This document shows positions 1-9,445 of a DNA stretch of 64,000 nucleotides, piece after piece (the first letter of the stretch is position 1; each line of letters opens with the position of its first letter). The DNA comes from a virus (lineage: Duplodnaviria > Caudoviricetes): IMG/VR virus record IMGVR_UViG_3300027566_000003. One strand, 5' to 3'. Both the position numbers and the translations under genes were made by a program. A model generated the notes under the pieces. It made no database searches, was not told where the DNA came from, and worked only from the letters and a program-made list of their open reading frames with translations.

Positions 1-200
1 TACACATATAAACACTAATCATTTTCCACAAGACTTTTACTATCAATTCTATCATTATAGAAATTAACGATAGCATACGGCTCGTTTCTAAACCGTTATT
101 TAATTGTTAGATTACATTTCTTAATGCTTTACTTAAATCCAAACTTCTTAATCTTTCAACCTCAATATCGTGTAATATTCTAAAGTCATTGAACTTCTCA
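1..200 (-). ncRNA. Probable omegaRNA scaffold overlapping and following the tnpB 3' end
   Basis: Expected position for the family; hairpin ACGGTTT-AGAAAC-GAGCCGT (- strand, about 77-96); 3' end not defined. Confidence 0.4.
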
Positions 201-1558
201 AAACATAAATCTCTATTAATTGTTTCTAAATCATTATTTACATTCATAATCAAAAAACTAGAATACAAATCTCTTTGTATTTTAAACTCTCCAAAGTCGT
301 TCCATCTTTCATCAAGTTCTTTTTTATTGTGCTCATCACTAGTATGATTATATTGACTAGCTTTAACTTTCCAAGTGTCAATCTTCTTTAAATTCTTATC
401 AATCCATTTAAGTTTATTATCCAGTATTGTCAACAACATTGAAGGAGCTTTGTTCGCTAAACTCTTACCGAATCTCTTTTTCTTATTAAACTTACCTGTC
501 TTTTTGTTGATAGTAGTATTTTTAGCCCTAGATTGTAATCCTTTATAACTCATAGTCTCAACCTTTATGTCATTACCTAATGTTAATATATAGTTAGCAA
601 GTTGATTGTGAGATTGCTTTCTGATTTCTCTTTGTTTTCTTTGAATTTCTTTTAACTCCATTTGAATCTTGATGTAATGTTTTGATTTAATCCATTTAGT
701 TTTATTTTTAGTATTAATCGTGCCATTTTCATTGTATTTGTTAGGGTTATTTACTCTTCTAGAACGATCCATTTTACGTTGCAATATTCGTTTTTTATCT
801 TTAATATTCTGAATATCTGGAGCAAGTTCTAATAGTTTAACATCATTCTTAGAACATATTGCTAAACTCTGAGTTCCAATATCCAGTCCAACTACACCTT
901 CGTTGGTATAGTGTTTAATCTCTCCAGTGTTCATGTCTATCTTCTGTGGAGGAATTCCATCTAAAATCAATTGAACATAGTAATGGTATTTACCTTTAAT
1001 AATTTCGCGTTTAATTCTGCAATATTTGACTTTATTTTGTAATGCCATATGAGCATAGATATCATTTTTATCAATAATCACAGATAATTTCAACCCTGAA
1101 AATAATACAGTATCATCTCTAAATCTAATTCCTTGTTTATTAGTTTTTCCTTCAATGGAGTTTAATTCGCCATATGCTTTATATTTAATCTTATTTGCCT
1201 TATGGAATATTAATTCTTGAAAAGCATCAAATGCTCTAGTAGCAATCTTTTGAACTGTCATAGCGTCTATGCCAAAATATTTACTCATTGGTTTAACAAA
1301 ATCATGTAATGAATACTCTGTCAAATTATATTTCTTATTCAATCCATTAAATATTTTATTTCTATCTTTCCCTTTGTATTTGCAATTTGCTTGATATGCT
1401 TTAGATTCTCTCATGTGATTATATCTCTTATGTAATTCAGAAATACAAGAGTTGTAAATCTTTCTGCATTTTTCAAAATTTTTATCTAAGATATCCTCTT
1501 GAAATTTTTCAGTTTTTAACGGCAAAGTTAAAACAAAATTAGACATAGTATTCACCAC
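107..1558 (-). CDS. tnpB: TnpB RNA-guided endonuclease
   Basis: RuvC-I GLDIG, RuvC-II IKVET and RuvC-III QRDLYS motifs; adjacent to tnpA; own sigA-like promoter (TTGTAA-17-TATAAT, about 1571-1599). Confidence 0.9.
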   Translation of the reverse strand: MVNTMSNFVLTLPLKTEKFQEDILDKNFEKCRKIYNSCISELHKRYNHMRESKAYQANCKYKGKDRNKIFNGLNKKYNLTEYSLHDFVKPMSKYFGIDAMTVQKIATRAFDAFQELIFHKANKIKYKAYGELNSIEGKTNKQGIRFRDDTVLFSGLKLSVIIDKNDIYAHMALQNKVKYCRIKREIIKGKYHYYVQLILDGIPPQKIDMNTGEIKHYTNEGVVGLDIGTQSLAICSKNDVKLLELAPDIQNIKDKKRILQRKMDRSRRVNNPNKYNENGTINTKNKTKWIKSKHYIKIQMELKEIQRKQREIRKQSHNQLANYILTLGNDIKVETMSYKGLQSRAKNTTINKKTGKFNKKKRFGKSLANKAPSMLLTILDNKLKWIDKNLKKIDTWKVKASQYNHTSDEHNKKELDERWNDFGEFKIQRDLYSSFLIMNVNNDLETINRDLCFEKFNDFRILHDIEVERLRSLDLSKALRNVI

Positions 1559-1602
1559 CTTTCTTTATTAATTATATCATGTTTATATAATAATTACAAG
1601 AA

Positions 1603-2022
1603 TTATTTGCCTTGATTCTCAATATATTGTTTAACTACTTCTAATGAAACACTTCCAACCGTAGATACAAAACTACTTCTACTCCAGAACTTCCCACCCC
1701 ATAATTTATTTTTTCTTATGTGTGGGAATTCTTCAAATAATCTATAAGCAGTTACTTGTTTTAATACTTGAATGCATTTTGTAACACCGTATCTAGGATT
1801 ACAATTAATAATCATATGTACATGATCTTTATCAGTTTCAATATCAGTAATTTCAAAATCATGAGCTGTTGCTACTTCCAAACATATTTCTTTCAATCTA
1901 TCAGAAACTTTACCAGTTAATATTTTATGTCTGTACTTGGGACAAAATATCACATGGTAATTGCATTTAAATACCAAATGTTCAGAAACATGATAAGATT
2001 TATTTTTACGATATGTTTTAAT
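1603..2022 (-). CDS. tnpA: IS200/IS605 transposase TnpA (Y1 HUH)
   Basis: YHVIFCPKYR, HVH (HUH) and YIENQ motifs. The frame is open upstream of the TTG at 1977 to an ATT at 2022, which has an AAAGGA SD 10 nt upstream. Confidence 0.9.
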   Translation of the reverse strand: MKTYRKNKSYHVSEHLVFKCNYHVIFCPKYRHKILTGKVSDRLKEICLEVATAHDFEITDIETDKDHVHMIINCNPRYGVTKCIQVLKQVTAYRLFEEFPHIRKNKLWGGKFWSRSSFVSTVGSVSLEVVKQYIENQGK

Positions 2023-2233
2023 TAATTATCATTCCTTTTCTCCGCACACGCTTTAGCGTGGCGGCTATGTCCCGCATTGTATACATGTTTAGATATTCAG
2101 ACATACCACTAGCTTGATCATAATTTTCATATCTAGTAGCATCCCTTATGTCTTTATACCACCATTCTTCTTCTTGATTATAATAGTTATTCTCTTTATT
2201 AATAATAACATAATAACTATCATTTATTTTCAT
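2018..2233 (-). CDS. Phage hypothetical protein, probably interrupted by the IS (C-terminus encoded by the IS left end)
   Basis: ORF with SD; the last ~20 codons cover the IS hairpin. Confidence 0.55.
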   Translation of the reverse strand: MKINDSYYVIINKENNYYNQEEEWWYKDIRDATRYENYDQASGMSEYLNMYTMRDIAATLKRVRRKGMIIN

Positions 2234-2263
2234 TATGTTTTATTCCTCCCATCAAAACTAATT

Positions 2264-2734
2264 TTAATCTATTGCGTCAAATCTCCAAAAACCATTATTA
2301 ATCTGCCACAATGGAAATAAAGATTGTTCATTTTTCTCATTTTCAAAAATAATATCTTCGTCTCCGTCCCAACTAATATATTTCCATTTACCTCTATAAA
2401 TTTGTTCCTTTTCATTAAAAATATCTCTCTGATAAAGATTAAATACTTCTCCTGAATTAAAATTAATACTCTTTTTTGGAATAACTTCTTTTCTTAATTC
2501 TTCCCACCATTCCTCTCCTTGATATGGGTAGACTCTCTCTTCTCCTGCCATACTTTTATTAAAAACATCTATTCCGTCAGTAAAATCATAATCAATTTCA
2601 GTTTCTCTTCCGTCATTTAGAGGCCAGTTGCAATTCTTATCTAATTTATTATCATTAAATTCTACCATAAAAACATTCATTGCGTTCCGAATATCCTGCA
2701 TTGATTTTCCTACAATTGTTAGGTTTAATTTCAT
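2264..2734 (-). CDS. hypothetical phage protein
   Basis: ORF with SD in a co-oriented cluster. Confidence 0.7.
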   Translation of the reverse strand: MKLNLTIVGKSMQDIRNAMNVFMVEFNDNKLDKNCNWPLNDGRETEIDYDFTDGIDVFNKSMAGEERVYPYQGEEWWEELRKEVIPKKSINFNSGEVFNLYQRDIFNEKEQIYRGKWKYISWDGDEDIIFENEKNEQSLFPLWQINNGFWRFDAID

Positions 2735-2773
2735 ATTATTCTTTCCTTTCTTTAACTAAATCAAAAAATAATT

Positions 2774-2998
2774 TTAACATCCTGTATAATCAGAATATCC
2801 TTCTTCTTTTTGAAGTCTATAAAATTCATTAATATCTATTTCATCTAGATTAGGCCAACAGCCACTACTGTAAGGAAAACACTGACTACAATATAACCAC
2901 TCAAACAAAACATATTTGTCTTTATGATTTGCAAAATATTTATATACTTCACCCTCTCCATGACATAATTTACATTTTGGGTTAGCGTCATCTTGCAT
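2774..2998 (-). CDS. small Zn-binding protein (CxxCxGxG plus CxxC)
   Basis: CKLCHGEG and CSQC motifs. Confidence 0.65.
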   Translation of the reverse strand: MQDDANPKCKLCHGEGEVYKYFANHKDKYVLFEWLYCSQCFPYSSGCWPNLDEIDINEFYRLQKEEGYSDYTGC

Positions 2999-3357
2999 TT
3001 AGTTTACTTCCTTTCTTTTCAAACACCACTGAGGACTTGTTTTCATGTCTCTACCATAAATTTTCTTCCATTCCATAATCCAATCCTTATCAGTCGCTTC
3101 ATAAGTGGTACACGATGATTCATTCAATCACCCGCTTTAGTTTAGATTTAATATATTATTCAACAAATTGGATAGAAATACCTTTATTAATCTCCACTAT
3201 CATCCCAGTGTCCATTATTCCAATCTTTTGCTATTGGATCTTCTTTATAATAATGATAATTATTGTTTAAAATATCACATAATTTGCCATCTCTGTAACA
3301 GTAATTATATTTAATACAAGAAATACAAGTGTTTGACATCATCATAATAATTCCTCC

Positions 3358-3546
3358 TTAAATGCACTGTAACAGCTCATAAACCAATTTGTTAGTCATT
3401 GTTAAGGTATCACTAATTTGAGCCTTACAATGGCATTCTGGACTGTCTGAGAGTGTTTTGTTAAGATATTCAACATAGACTTTTAAAGCATCAGAGATTA
3501 TATCCATTTCTTGTTTTGAAACTTCTAATGTCGTTGTGATTTTCAT
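3358..3546 (-). CDS. hypothetical phage protein
   Basis: ORF with SD. Confidence 0.6.
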   Translation of the reverse strand: MKITTTLEVSKQEMDIISDALKVYVEYLNKTLSDSPECHCKAQISDTLTMTNKLVYELLQCI

Positions 3547-3722
3547 TTGATTGATTCTCCTTCAATTTTATTTCGATTATCTCTTAACCATTCTTCAAAT
3601 GCAAGAGAATATTTTCCATTGATATTTATTGGTTTATTATTCGGTTCAATTTCTAACTCTTCGGCTCTTTCCTTAAATGATTTAATTGTCATATAAATAG
3701 CTCCTCCCTTAAAACTGACTTT

Positions 3723-3971
3723 TTATTTGACTACCCATATTTTCTGTTCAAGCAAGTCTTCTGGTGAAAGAGAATTATTCAATTCGGTAAAATCTTTTCC
3801 ATTAAATACTGACATATCAAATAAGTCATATTTAAACCCATCTTCTATTCCTATCTCATTTTCATCTATGCCCACCACACCAATTACAACAAAAACTTTT
3901 TTACCTGTTTTGCTTTTTTGACCTGTTGCTCTAAATAAAACTTGACCTTGCATTAAATTTCCTCCTTTCAA
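3723..3971 (-). CDS. hypothetical phage protein (true start probably MQGQ, downstream of a GGAGG SD)
   Basis: ORF; SD lies inside the annotated N-terminus. Confidence 0.6.
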   Translation of the reverse strand: MKGGNLMQGQVLFRATGQKSKTGKKVFVVIGVVGIDENEIGIEDGFKYDLFDMSVFNGKDFTELNNSLSPEDLLEQKIWVVK

Positions 3972-3980
3972 TTTGCTGAT

Positions 3981-4328
3981 TCATCGTATTAAAAATTTAG
4001 AAATATTAAAATATCTTGAGCAATCTACACAATCAATTTCGCAAGTTAAGACATTACGTTTTATATCAATATCATCAATGCTTAATAATTTTATATTGTT
4101 ACTATTTAATCCATCCAATTGCAAACAAGCATATACCCAATCTACCTGTATGTCCTGTGTACTGCGCAATGGAGAATCGAAACAAACATGAATATTATCT
4201 CCTTTACTTTGAGATAGCAATAATAAATTTATTTTATCTATGTTTATCATTTCTCTTACTGGTTCTGGATAATTTAAGTACTCATTATAATCAATTAAAA
4301 CACCTATATTTTTATATCTTTTTAACAT
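3981..4328 (-). CDS. hypothetical protein resembling a fragment of a tyrosine-recombinase-fold protein
   Basis: LQLDGLNSNNIKLLSIDDID resembles integrase box I but lacks the catalytic Arg. Confidence 0.45.
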   Translation of the reverse strand: MLKRYKNIGVLIDYNEYLNYPEPVREMINIDKINLLLLSQSKGDNIHVCFDSPLRSTQDIQVDWVYACLQLDGLNSNNIKLLSIDDIDIKRNVLTCEIDCVDCSRYFNISKFLIR

Positions 4329-4385
4329 TTTTAATCAGGTCCTTTCTTCTTCTCAAATAAAATGAAATCGCAGGTTTAAATGCTC

Positions 4386-4610
4386 CTATTTTTTTAATTG
4401 CTTATTTGCCAATTCAGGCAAAACATATTTTACACATATTTGATAAGGAATTTTTCCTCCAATAAGATTAATCAACAACGCTTGCAATTCATGCCCTTTG
4501 AGATTCAAAACAATATCTGAATCTTTACTTTCGCAATCATTATATTCTTTAATAAGTTTAGAAATAAGTTTATCTTCAGAGAAATCAAATTCAAATTTAG
4601 TATTCAGCAT
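4386..4610 (-). CDS. hypothetical phage protein
   Basis: ORF with SD. Confidence 0.6.
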   Translation of the reverse strand: MLNTKFEFDFSEDKLISKLIKEYNDCESKDSDIVLNLKGHELQALLINLIGGKIPYQICVKYVLPELANKQLKK

Positions 4611-4773
4611 CTATTTCCAACTCCTTTAAACTAATATGTGTGTTTCACATGTTGCCATTAAGATAGATTCTATTTTTTCATAAGTTAACTTTAATTCTTT
4701 ATTTTATCTTTTCTTTCTTGGTAAGTTAAATATATGTCACTATTAATCTCATTTATTAGATTTACAAGTTCCT

Positions 4774-5346
4774 CTACTTTACGCATAAAACACTCTCCTT
4801 AAACTTCCTATTCAATTCATTAACCTTATCAGAAACCTTGTTAATATCTTTTGTTTCTTTGATTCCTCCATCTACCATTTGAGCATTACAACATCTAGTC
4901 CAATAGCGGTCAGTATTAAGATATTTACTTAGTATGTATTTACTATTCTTTTCAATCACTTCTTTCCCACACTTCTTACATTTACCAATATAAGATGTTC
5001 CGACATGATAAGCTGTACCAGTAGAACTTGCTCCTATTTTATATAATTCCGTTTCAAAATCTCTGCTATTATCTCTGCTCTCTTTACCTGAAACAGAACA
5101 ATACCAATGACAAAGTTCATGGAGTAGTGTATCGTCAAGAGTTAGTTCATTGTGTTTACCATCGAATAAAAATTCTGCCAATACTAGTTTTTCAGGGATT
5201 TTACCCTCTCTATCTTTATAATGTACACTTCCCATTACACTTTTATATCTTCCATTTAAAACTATAGGAAGGTCAAAATCTAAATCCCATAATTCTTTTG
5301 CGTAGAATTGAGCTTTTTGGACTACAACATTAAGACTAATTGACAT
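4774..5346 (-). CDS. SprT-like zinc metalloprotease
   Basis: HELCH (HExxH), downstream F..E motif, C-terminal CKKC...CC zinc ribbon. Confidence 0.8.
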   Translation of the reverse strand: MSISLNVVVQKAQFYAKELWDLDFDLPIVLNGRYKSVMGSVHYKDREGKIPEKLVLAEFLFDGKHNELTLDDTLLHELCHWYCSVSGKESRDNSRDFETELYKIGASSTGTAYHVGTSYIGKCKKCGKEVIEKNSKYILSKYLNTDRYWTRCCNAQMVDGGIKETKDINKVSDKVNELNRKFKESVLCVK

Positions 5347-5367
5347 TTAAGATTACTCCCTTCCTCT

Positions 5368-5613
5368 TTAATAAAACTTTGCGCCATTTAAATCTCTTTC
5401 TAAAGATATCTCTTCTTCACATAGACAATTATGACATCTTAAATAAATTGGTTGATTATCATAAACTCTAATTACTCTTGGTTTTCTTAATACTCCACAT
5501 TCTAATTCAAAAAATGTTTTGGTATTTGTTACAATAACTACTTCATGTAATTTGTTTTGTACTTCACAATTGTTACAATAAAGATAATCATCTTCGAGAG
5601 TAAAATAATTCAT
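5368..5613 (-). CDS. small zinc-finger protein
   Basis: CNNC and CHNC pairs. Confidence 0.65.
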   Translation of the reverse strand: MNYFTLEDDYLYCNNCEVQNKLHEVVIVTNTKTFFELECGVLRKPRVIRVYDNQPIYLRCHNCLCEEEISLERDLNGAKFY

Positions 5614-5812
5614 GTTTTTACATCTCCATCCAACGAAATTCTCATTTTGTTTTATTTAATTTATTCTTCCAATCTCTATAATAACATCTCTCGCAAACAT
5701 ACACTTCTTCGCCAGAATCAAGAATTATATGCCATTTAGACCACTCACCACATTTGCATCTGACTAGGTATCCTATGCTTTTGTAGTTTGTTTTCAATTG
5801 ATTTTCTCCTCC

Positions 5813-6496
5813 TTACAGATTTAATTCAAGATACACATCATCTAGTTCATCTTGGGTGATTCCGATATACCGTAAACTTTCCTTTGGTGAAGAGTGATTA
5901 AGCAAAGCTTGAATACGTGTAATATCTACCCCTGCATCATACAGAGCAAATGCAAAACTTTTTCGTAGGGAATGAGTAGAAATAGATTCTTTTATGCCTA
6001 CAGACTTTGCTGCTTTGCTTAGAATAACATGCGCTTGTTGTCTCGTGATAGCTTCATTTCCTTTTCTAGAGGCAAATAGGTATATTTGATCGGGTTGAAT
6101 AGTAGCAAGATATTCTGATAAAGCATTTTTTACGTTTGTATTGAATGGGAAGTTTTTTGCTTTACTGGTCTTTTGTTCATGCAATCTAATTCTATCACGT
6201 ATTTTACCTTTTTCATCCATTACATCTAAAACTTTCAAATCCAACAAATCACTAATTCTTAAAGCAGAATTGATTCCAAGTGTAAACAATGCCCAATCTC
6301 TTAACGATTTTGATTTTAGATATACTTTCATTTCTTCAATCTTAACCTTATCTTTAATTGGTTGAACCTCTTGCATACCACGACTAGTTTTCAATTTTGC
6401 TCCGCAAGAAGTGCATTTTGTAGAATTTTTTAGTGCCGGACTACCACATTCTTTACATGTTTTTGTGAATTCATTTTTCTTTGTCACCACAATCAC
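5813..6496 (-). CDS. Tyrosine recombinase with N-terminal zinc ribbon
   Basis: Complete R (ALRIS)-K-HxxR (HSLRK)-H (LNHSS)-Y (LRYIG) set; CKEC...CTSC at the N-terminus. Confidence 0.92.
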   Translation of the reverse strand: MIVVTKKNEFTKTCKECGSPALKNSTKCTSCGAKLKTSRGMQEVQPIKDKVKIEEMKVYLKSKSLRDWALFTLGINSALRISDLLDLKVLDVMDEKGKIRDRIRLHEQKTSKAKNFPFNTNVKNALSEYLATIQPDQIYLFASRKGNEAITRQQAHVILSKAAKSVGIKESISTHSLRKSFAFALYDAGVDITRIQALLNHSSPKESLRYIGITQDELDDVYLELNL

Positions 6497-6500
6497 TTCC

Positions 6501-6620
6501 TTAAATCTTCGCTGTGTGACCTGTATTTACCTTGTAAGTGTTTGTATCAACAGGTTTGATGTTGATGTACATAACCACTGATAAAACGATTAGAGCAAGG
6601 ATTATGAGTTTCTTATTCAT
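6501..6620 (-). CDS. 39-aa signal-peptide-like small protein MNKKLIILALIVLSVVMYINIKPVDTNTYKVNTGHTAKI
   Basis: Hand-translated (below the ORF-track cutoff); AAGGAG SD; basic N-terminus followed by a hydrophobic core. Confidence 0.65.
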   Translation of the reverse strand: MNKKLIILALIVLSVVMYINIKPVDTNTYKVNTGHTAKI

Positions 6621-6633
6621 GATTGATCACTCC

Positions 6634-6732
6634 TTATATTTTATTATTTTCATTCTTATGCGCTCCATAATTAAATAGCAATATTGATGCAAGTGCTAGT
6701 AGATAGATTGCTGTGTACATTATGTATTTCAT
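6634..6732 (-). CDS. 32-aa single-TM peptide MKYIMYTAIYLLALASILLFNYGAHKNENNKI
   Basis: Hand-translated; GAGGAGG SD. Confidence 0.65.
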   Translation of the reverse strand: MKYIMYTAIYLLALASILLFNYGAHKNENNKI

Positions 6733-6922
6733 TATTGAATTCCTCCTCTTTCCATTGTTGAAGGATTTTTAGAATACGGATTGCCTTTTCTTTGTTGATT
6801 TTGTTAGTCATTTCAAAAAATCTCCTTTCGAGTAAAATATGTATTCTTCCATCTTTGTTCGTAAGTCAATGGTCTACTGAAGTATTTTTTGATAGCATAA
6901 ATCCACAGTTTCTTAGGAATTA

Positions 6923-7465
6923 TTAAGCACATTTACATTCAACTCCTTCAATTTTCTTAATTAAATAAAATCCTACAAATGTTGTATAATCTCCTCGATT
7001 GCAAGTTTCTGGATTATGTATTATTTTTCTGCTATTGTCTCGATTGGTTATTTCATATGCTCCTCTTTTGTGAGACCATGTACCATCATCATTTTGTCTG
7101 TACCAGTGGTAATCATCATCTGCCAAACACAATGCTACTTTCCAACAATTTTCTTCTTCAATATATTTTTTATAAGTTGTTTTAAGAAGTTTATAACCTA
7201 ATCTTTTTAAATCTCTTCTTGCAGAATTAATTATTTCTTTACTCGTTTCTTTTGGATCATGATAATCCCTAAAGCAATCTCTGCCTCTTCCACCTAAAAA
7301 TCCTGGCTGACAATAATCATAATTTTCATAATGTCTTCCGGTGTATGGGTTTAAAGGTTGATTAATTGCATAAGTATAACAATTATTTGCTTTTCTTTTA
7401 TATTTCCTTTTAGCAGAATCATTAAAGGTTAAGCCATTATATTTAGACATAACTCCTTCTCTCAA
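6923..7465 (-). CDS. putative papain-like Cys/His hydrolase
   Basis: NCYTYA...DYHWYRQ...WSHKRG motif pattern. Confidence 0.55.
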   Translation of the reverse strand: MREGVMSKYNGLTFNDSAKRKYKRKANNCYTYAINQPLNPYTGRHYENYDYCQPGFLGGRGRDCFRDYHDPKETSKEIINSARRDLKRLGYKLLKTTYKKYIEEENCWKVALCLADDDYHWYRQNDDGTWSHKRGAYEITNRDNSRKIIHNPETCNRGDYTTFVGFYLIKKIEGVECKCA

Positions 7466-7535
7466 CTCCTTAATATATTTTATTTATACTTTATTATACA
7501 TTAGATTCTTTCTTATTACAATAGTCAATAGTATT

Positions 7536-7829
7536 TTACTCATATCCAAATGCTTCCCATCCATCACTCTGTTTGTCGTCTTGGTTGAAATAAATCCACA
7601 TTAAATACCCTTCTCCATCGACTCCAGAAACTTCAATACCTTCTATATTACTTTCATCTTGATCATATAAATCTGACTCTTCTTCGCTTAATAAATGCAA
7701 GGGCATTGTAGCATTAGTATCTTTTACAATATACCATTCTTTGGTATTCTTATCATCTATGATAAGTATTGGTTTATTAAGATATTTTGTTTGAATATCT
7801 TGTTTAGATAATTTATTTAATTGATTCAT
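7536..7829 (-). CDS. hypothetical phage protein
   Basis: ORF with SD. Confidence 0.65.
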   Translation of the reverse strand: MNQLNKLSKQDIQTKYLNKPILIIDDKNTKEWYIVKDTNATMPLHLLSEEESDLYDQDESNIEGIEVSGVDGEGYLMWIYFNQDDKQSDGWEAFGYE

Positions 7830-7853
7830 TTTAAAATTCCTCCAATAAATTTG

Positions 7854-8126
7854 TTATTTGTTTGGGTTATAACTTTTAAGAAACTCAAATCCAATTTCAG
7901 TTAAAGTATATTCATTTATCCCGAATTGATCTTTAACTAAATCACACTTTCTTAAATTGTCAATCAATGTGTCAAGTTCAGCTTCTTCATCTGTTCTATA
8001 GCAATCTGTAATATAAACTCTATGTTCGTGTTTTACTCTTTTTAATAAATCCATTTCTTTCTCAGTGAATTCTGATTCAATGGTTTTAATTATCTTATTT
8101 CCCTCAAATTTGTAATTAATTTTCAT
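7854..8126 (-). CDS. hypothetical protein, possible winged-helix C-terminus
   Basis: L...DLV...YTLTEIG pattern. Confidence 0.55.
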   Translation of the reverse strand: MKINYKFEGNKIIKTIESEFTEKEMDLLKRVKHEHRVYITDCYRTDEEAELDTLIDNLRKCDLVKDQFGINEYTLTEIGFEFLKSYNPNK

Positions 8127-8179
8127 TTAAAATTCCATCCTTTCTTATCCAAGCAAATAAGTCTTTCAAAGATTTTAAT

Positions 8180-8467
8180 TTATTTTTCACCGTTATAAAT
8201 TTTAATTGCCAATTCTCCAATTTGATCATTTTTCCATCTTGTAGCTACGCAAACCAACATAAAATCTGGTCTATGACAAATACCACGATCAGGACATTCT
8301 TCTCTATAAGAACTTGTTAAATATCCATCACTATCCATTATACAGAACCAATCAGGATCATCATATGCTTCTTTCGCCAGACGCTTTATTCCTTCATTGG
8401 GATAAATTAAAGTTTTTGCTTCTTGTATAATTTCAATTGCACTTTTCATTAAATATCCTCCTTTCAA
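8180..8467 (-). CDS. hypothetical phage protein
   Basis: ORF; internal SD suggests the start is MKSA. Confidence 0.6.
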   Translation of the reverse strand: MKGGYLMKSAIEIIQEAKTLIYPNEGIKRLAKEAYDDPDWFCIMDSDGYLTSSYREECPDRGICHRPDFMLVCVATRWKNDQIGELAIKIYNGEK

Positions 8468-8481
8468 ATCCCTGTTTCGTG

Positions 8482-8694
8482 CTATTCTATTTTCCCATTA
8501 AGAAACGGAATACCACTCTTAATCAATTCAATTAATTCAAGAGCTTCCGACTCATAATTTATAACTAATTGCTCTGCTATATTTGGATCAATTTTACCTG
8601 AAGTTCTTTGAATAATTAGTGAACCTGCAACACCATCTTCAACATTTAACCTCATAAAGTTTTCTTCGATTTTTACACTTTTAACTTTAAACAT
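8482..8694 (-). CDS. hypothetical phage protein
   Basis: ORF with SD. Confidence 0.6.
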   Translation of the reverse strand: MFKVKSVKIEENFMRLNVEDGVAGSLIIQRTSGKIDPNIAEQLVINYESEALELIELIKSGIPFLNGKIE

Positions 8695-8801
8695 ATTTAT
8701 TCTCCTCTCATAGCATGAAATTCACGTTTTATCTTACTTCAACTCCTAAATCTTTTTTCTTCCATAATATTTTCTCCTCCTTTAATTTAATAATATATCA
8801 T

Positions 8802-9011
8802 TTACATTATTCTTTTAAATTCAGTATACATTTCGCTACATAGTGATACAGGATCTCTAGAGGTAGTATCACTCATAAGAGTATGATAAACTAAACTTCC
8901 ATTGTCAAACTCAATTATTATGTCAATTGGTATATTTATACCTTTCCATTTAAAGCCTTGACATGCCATTTTATCTTCAGATACTAATTTGACAATTTCC
9001 CATAATCTCAT
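8802..9011 (-). CDS. hypothetical phage protein
   Basis: ORF in cluster. Confidence 0.6.
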   Translation of the reverse strand: MRLWEIVKLVSEDKMACQGFKWKGINIPIDIIIEFDNGSLVYHTLMSDTTSRDPVSLCSEMYTEFKRIM

Positions 9012-9233
9012 TTAACCCACCTCGCTTTCATCTGCTGCCCATTTTAATCCTCTAATTTCACCTTCAATTATAGATATCCTTATTTCTTTTCCCGCAATCG
9101 CATCACAATCTTTATTAGGTCTTACACCTTGACTTCGTTGGTATTCTAAAACATCAATAATTTCTGATTGTAGTTTAGTAATTTCTTTGTTGAGTGTTTG
9201 GATTCTTTGACCAATATCATATAGATGTTTCAT
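9012..9233 (-). CDS. hypothetical coiled-coil protein
   Basis: ORF with SD. Confidence 0.6.
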   Translation of the reverse strand: MKHLYDIGQRIQTLNKEITKLQSEIIDVLEYQRSQGVRPNKDCDAIAGKEIRISIIEGEIRGLKWAADESEVG

Positions 9234-9445
9234 TTGTTTTGCTCCTTTCTTTCAAACAGATCTAAAACTTTCTCTAATGCGTATACTTTACCATCCCTGA
9301 ATGAATATGTTAAATCTTTTAAATATGGTTCCTTTGCAGACTCCTCTGCTTCTTTTAGGCATTTCTTCAATTTTTTCTTTTAATTCATTAATATCCATAA
9401 AAAAATCACTCCTTTAATTAAATATTTGAAACTGATTTAAATTAA

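Larger units (their letters stand above)
1..2075 (-). mobile_element. IS200/IS605-family insertion sequence (tnpA + tnpB); right end not located and may lie outside the window
   Basis: Tandem HUH Y1 transposase and RuvC TnpB genes; GC-rich subterminal hairpin CCGCCACGC-TAAA-GCGTGTGCGG (- strand, 2042-2064) upstream of tnpA. The left boundary is approximate. Confidence 0.85.

Noticed and set aside
22-30. Isolated DnaA-box match TTTTCCACA
   Set aside because: A single copy is expected by chance in AT-rich DNA.
60-100. GAGCCGTATGC on the - strand resembles the start of group II intron domain V
   Set aside because: The complementary GCACGTACGGTTC half is missing and there is no RT/maturase gene; better explained as an omegaRNA hairpin.
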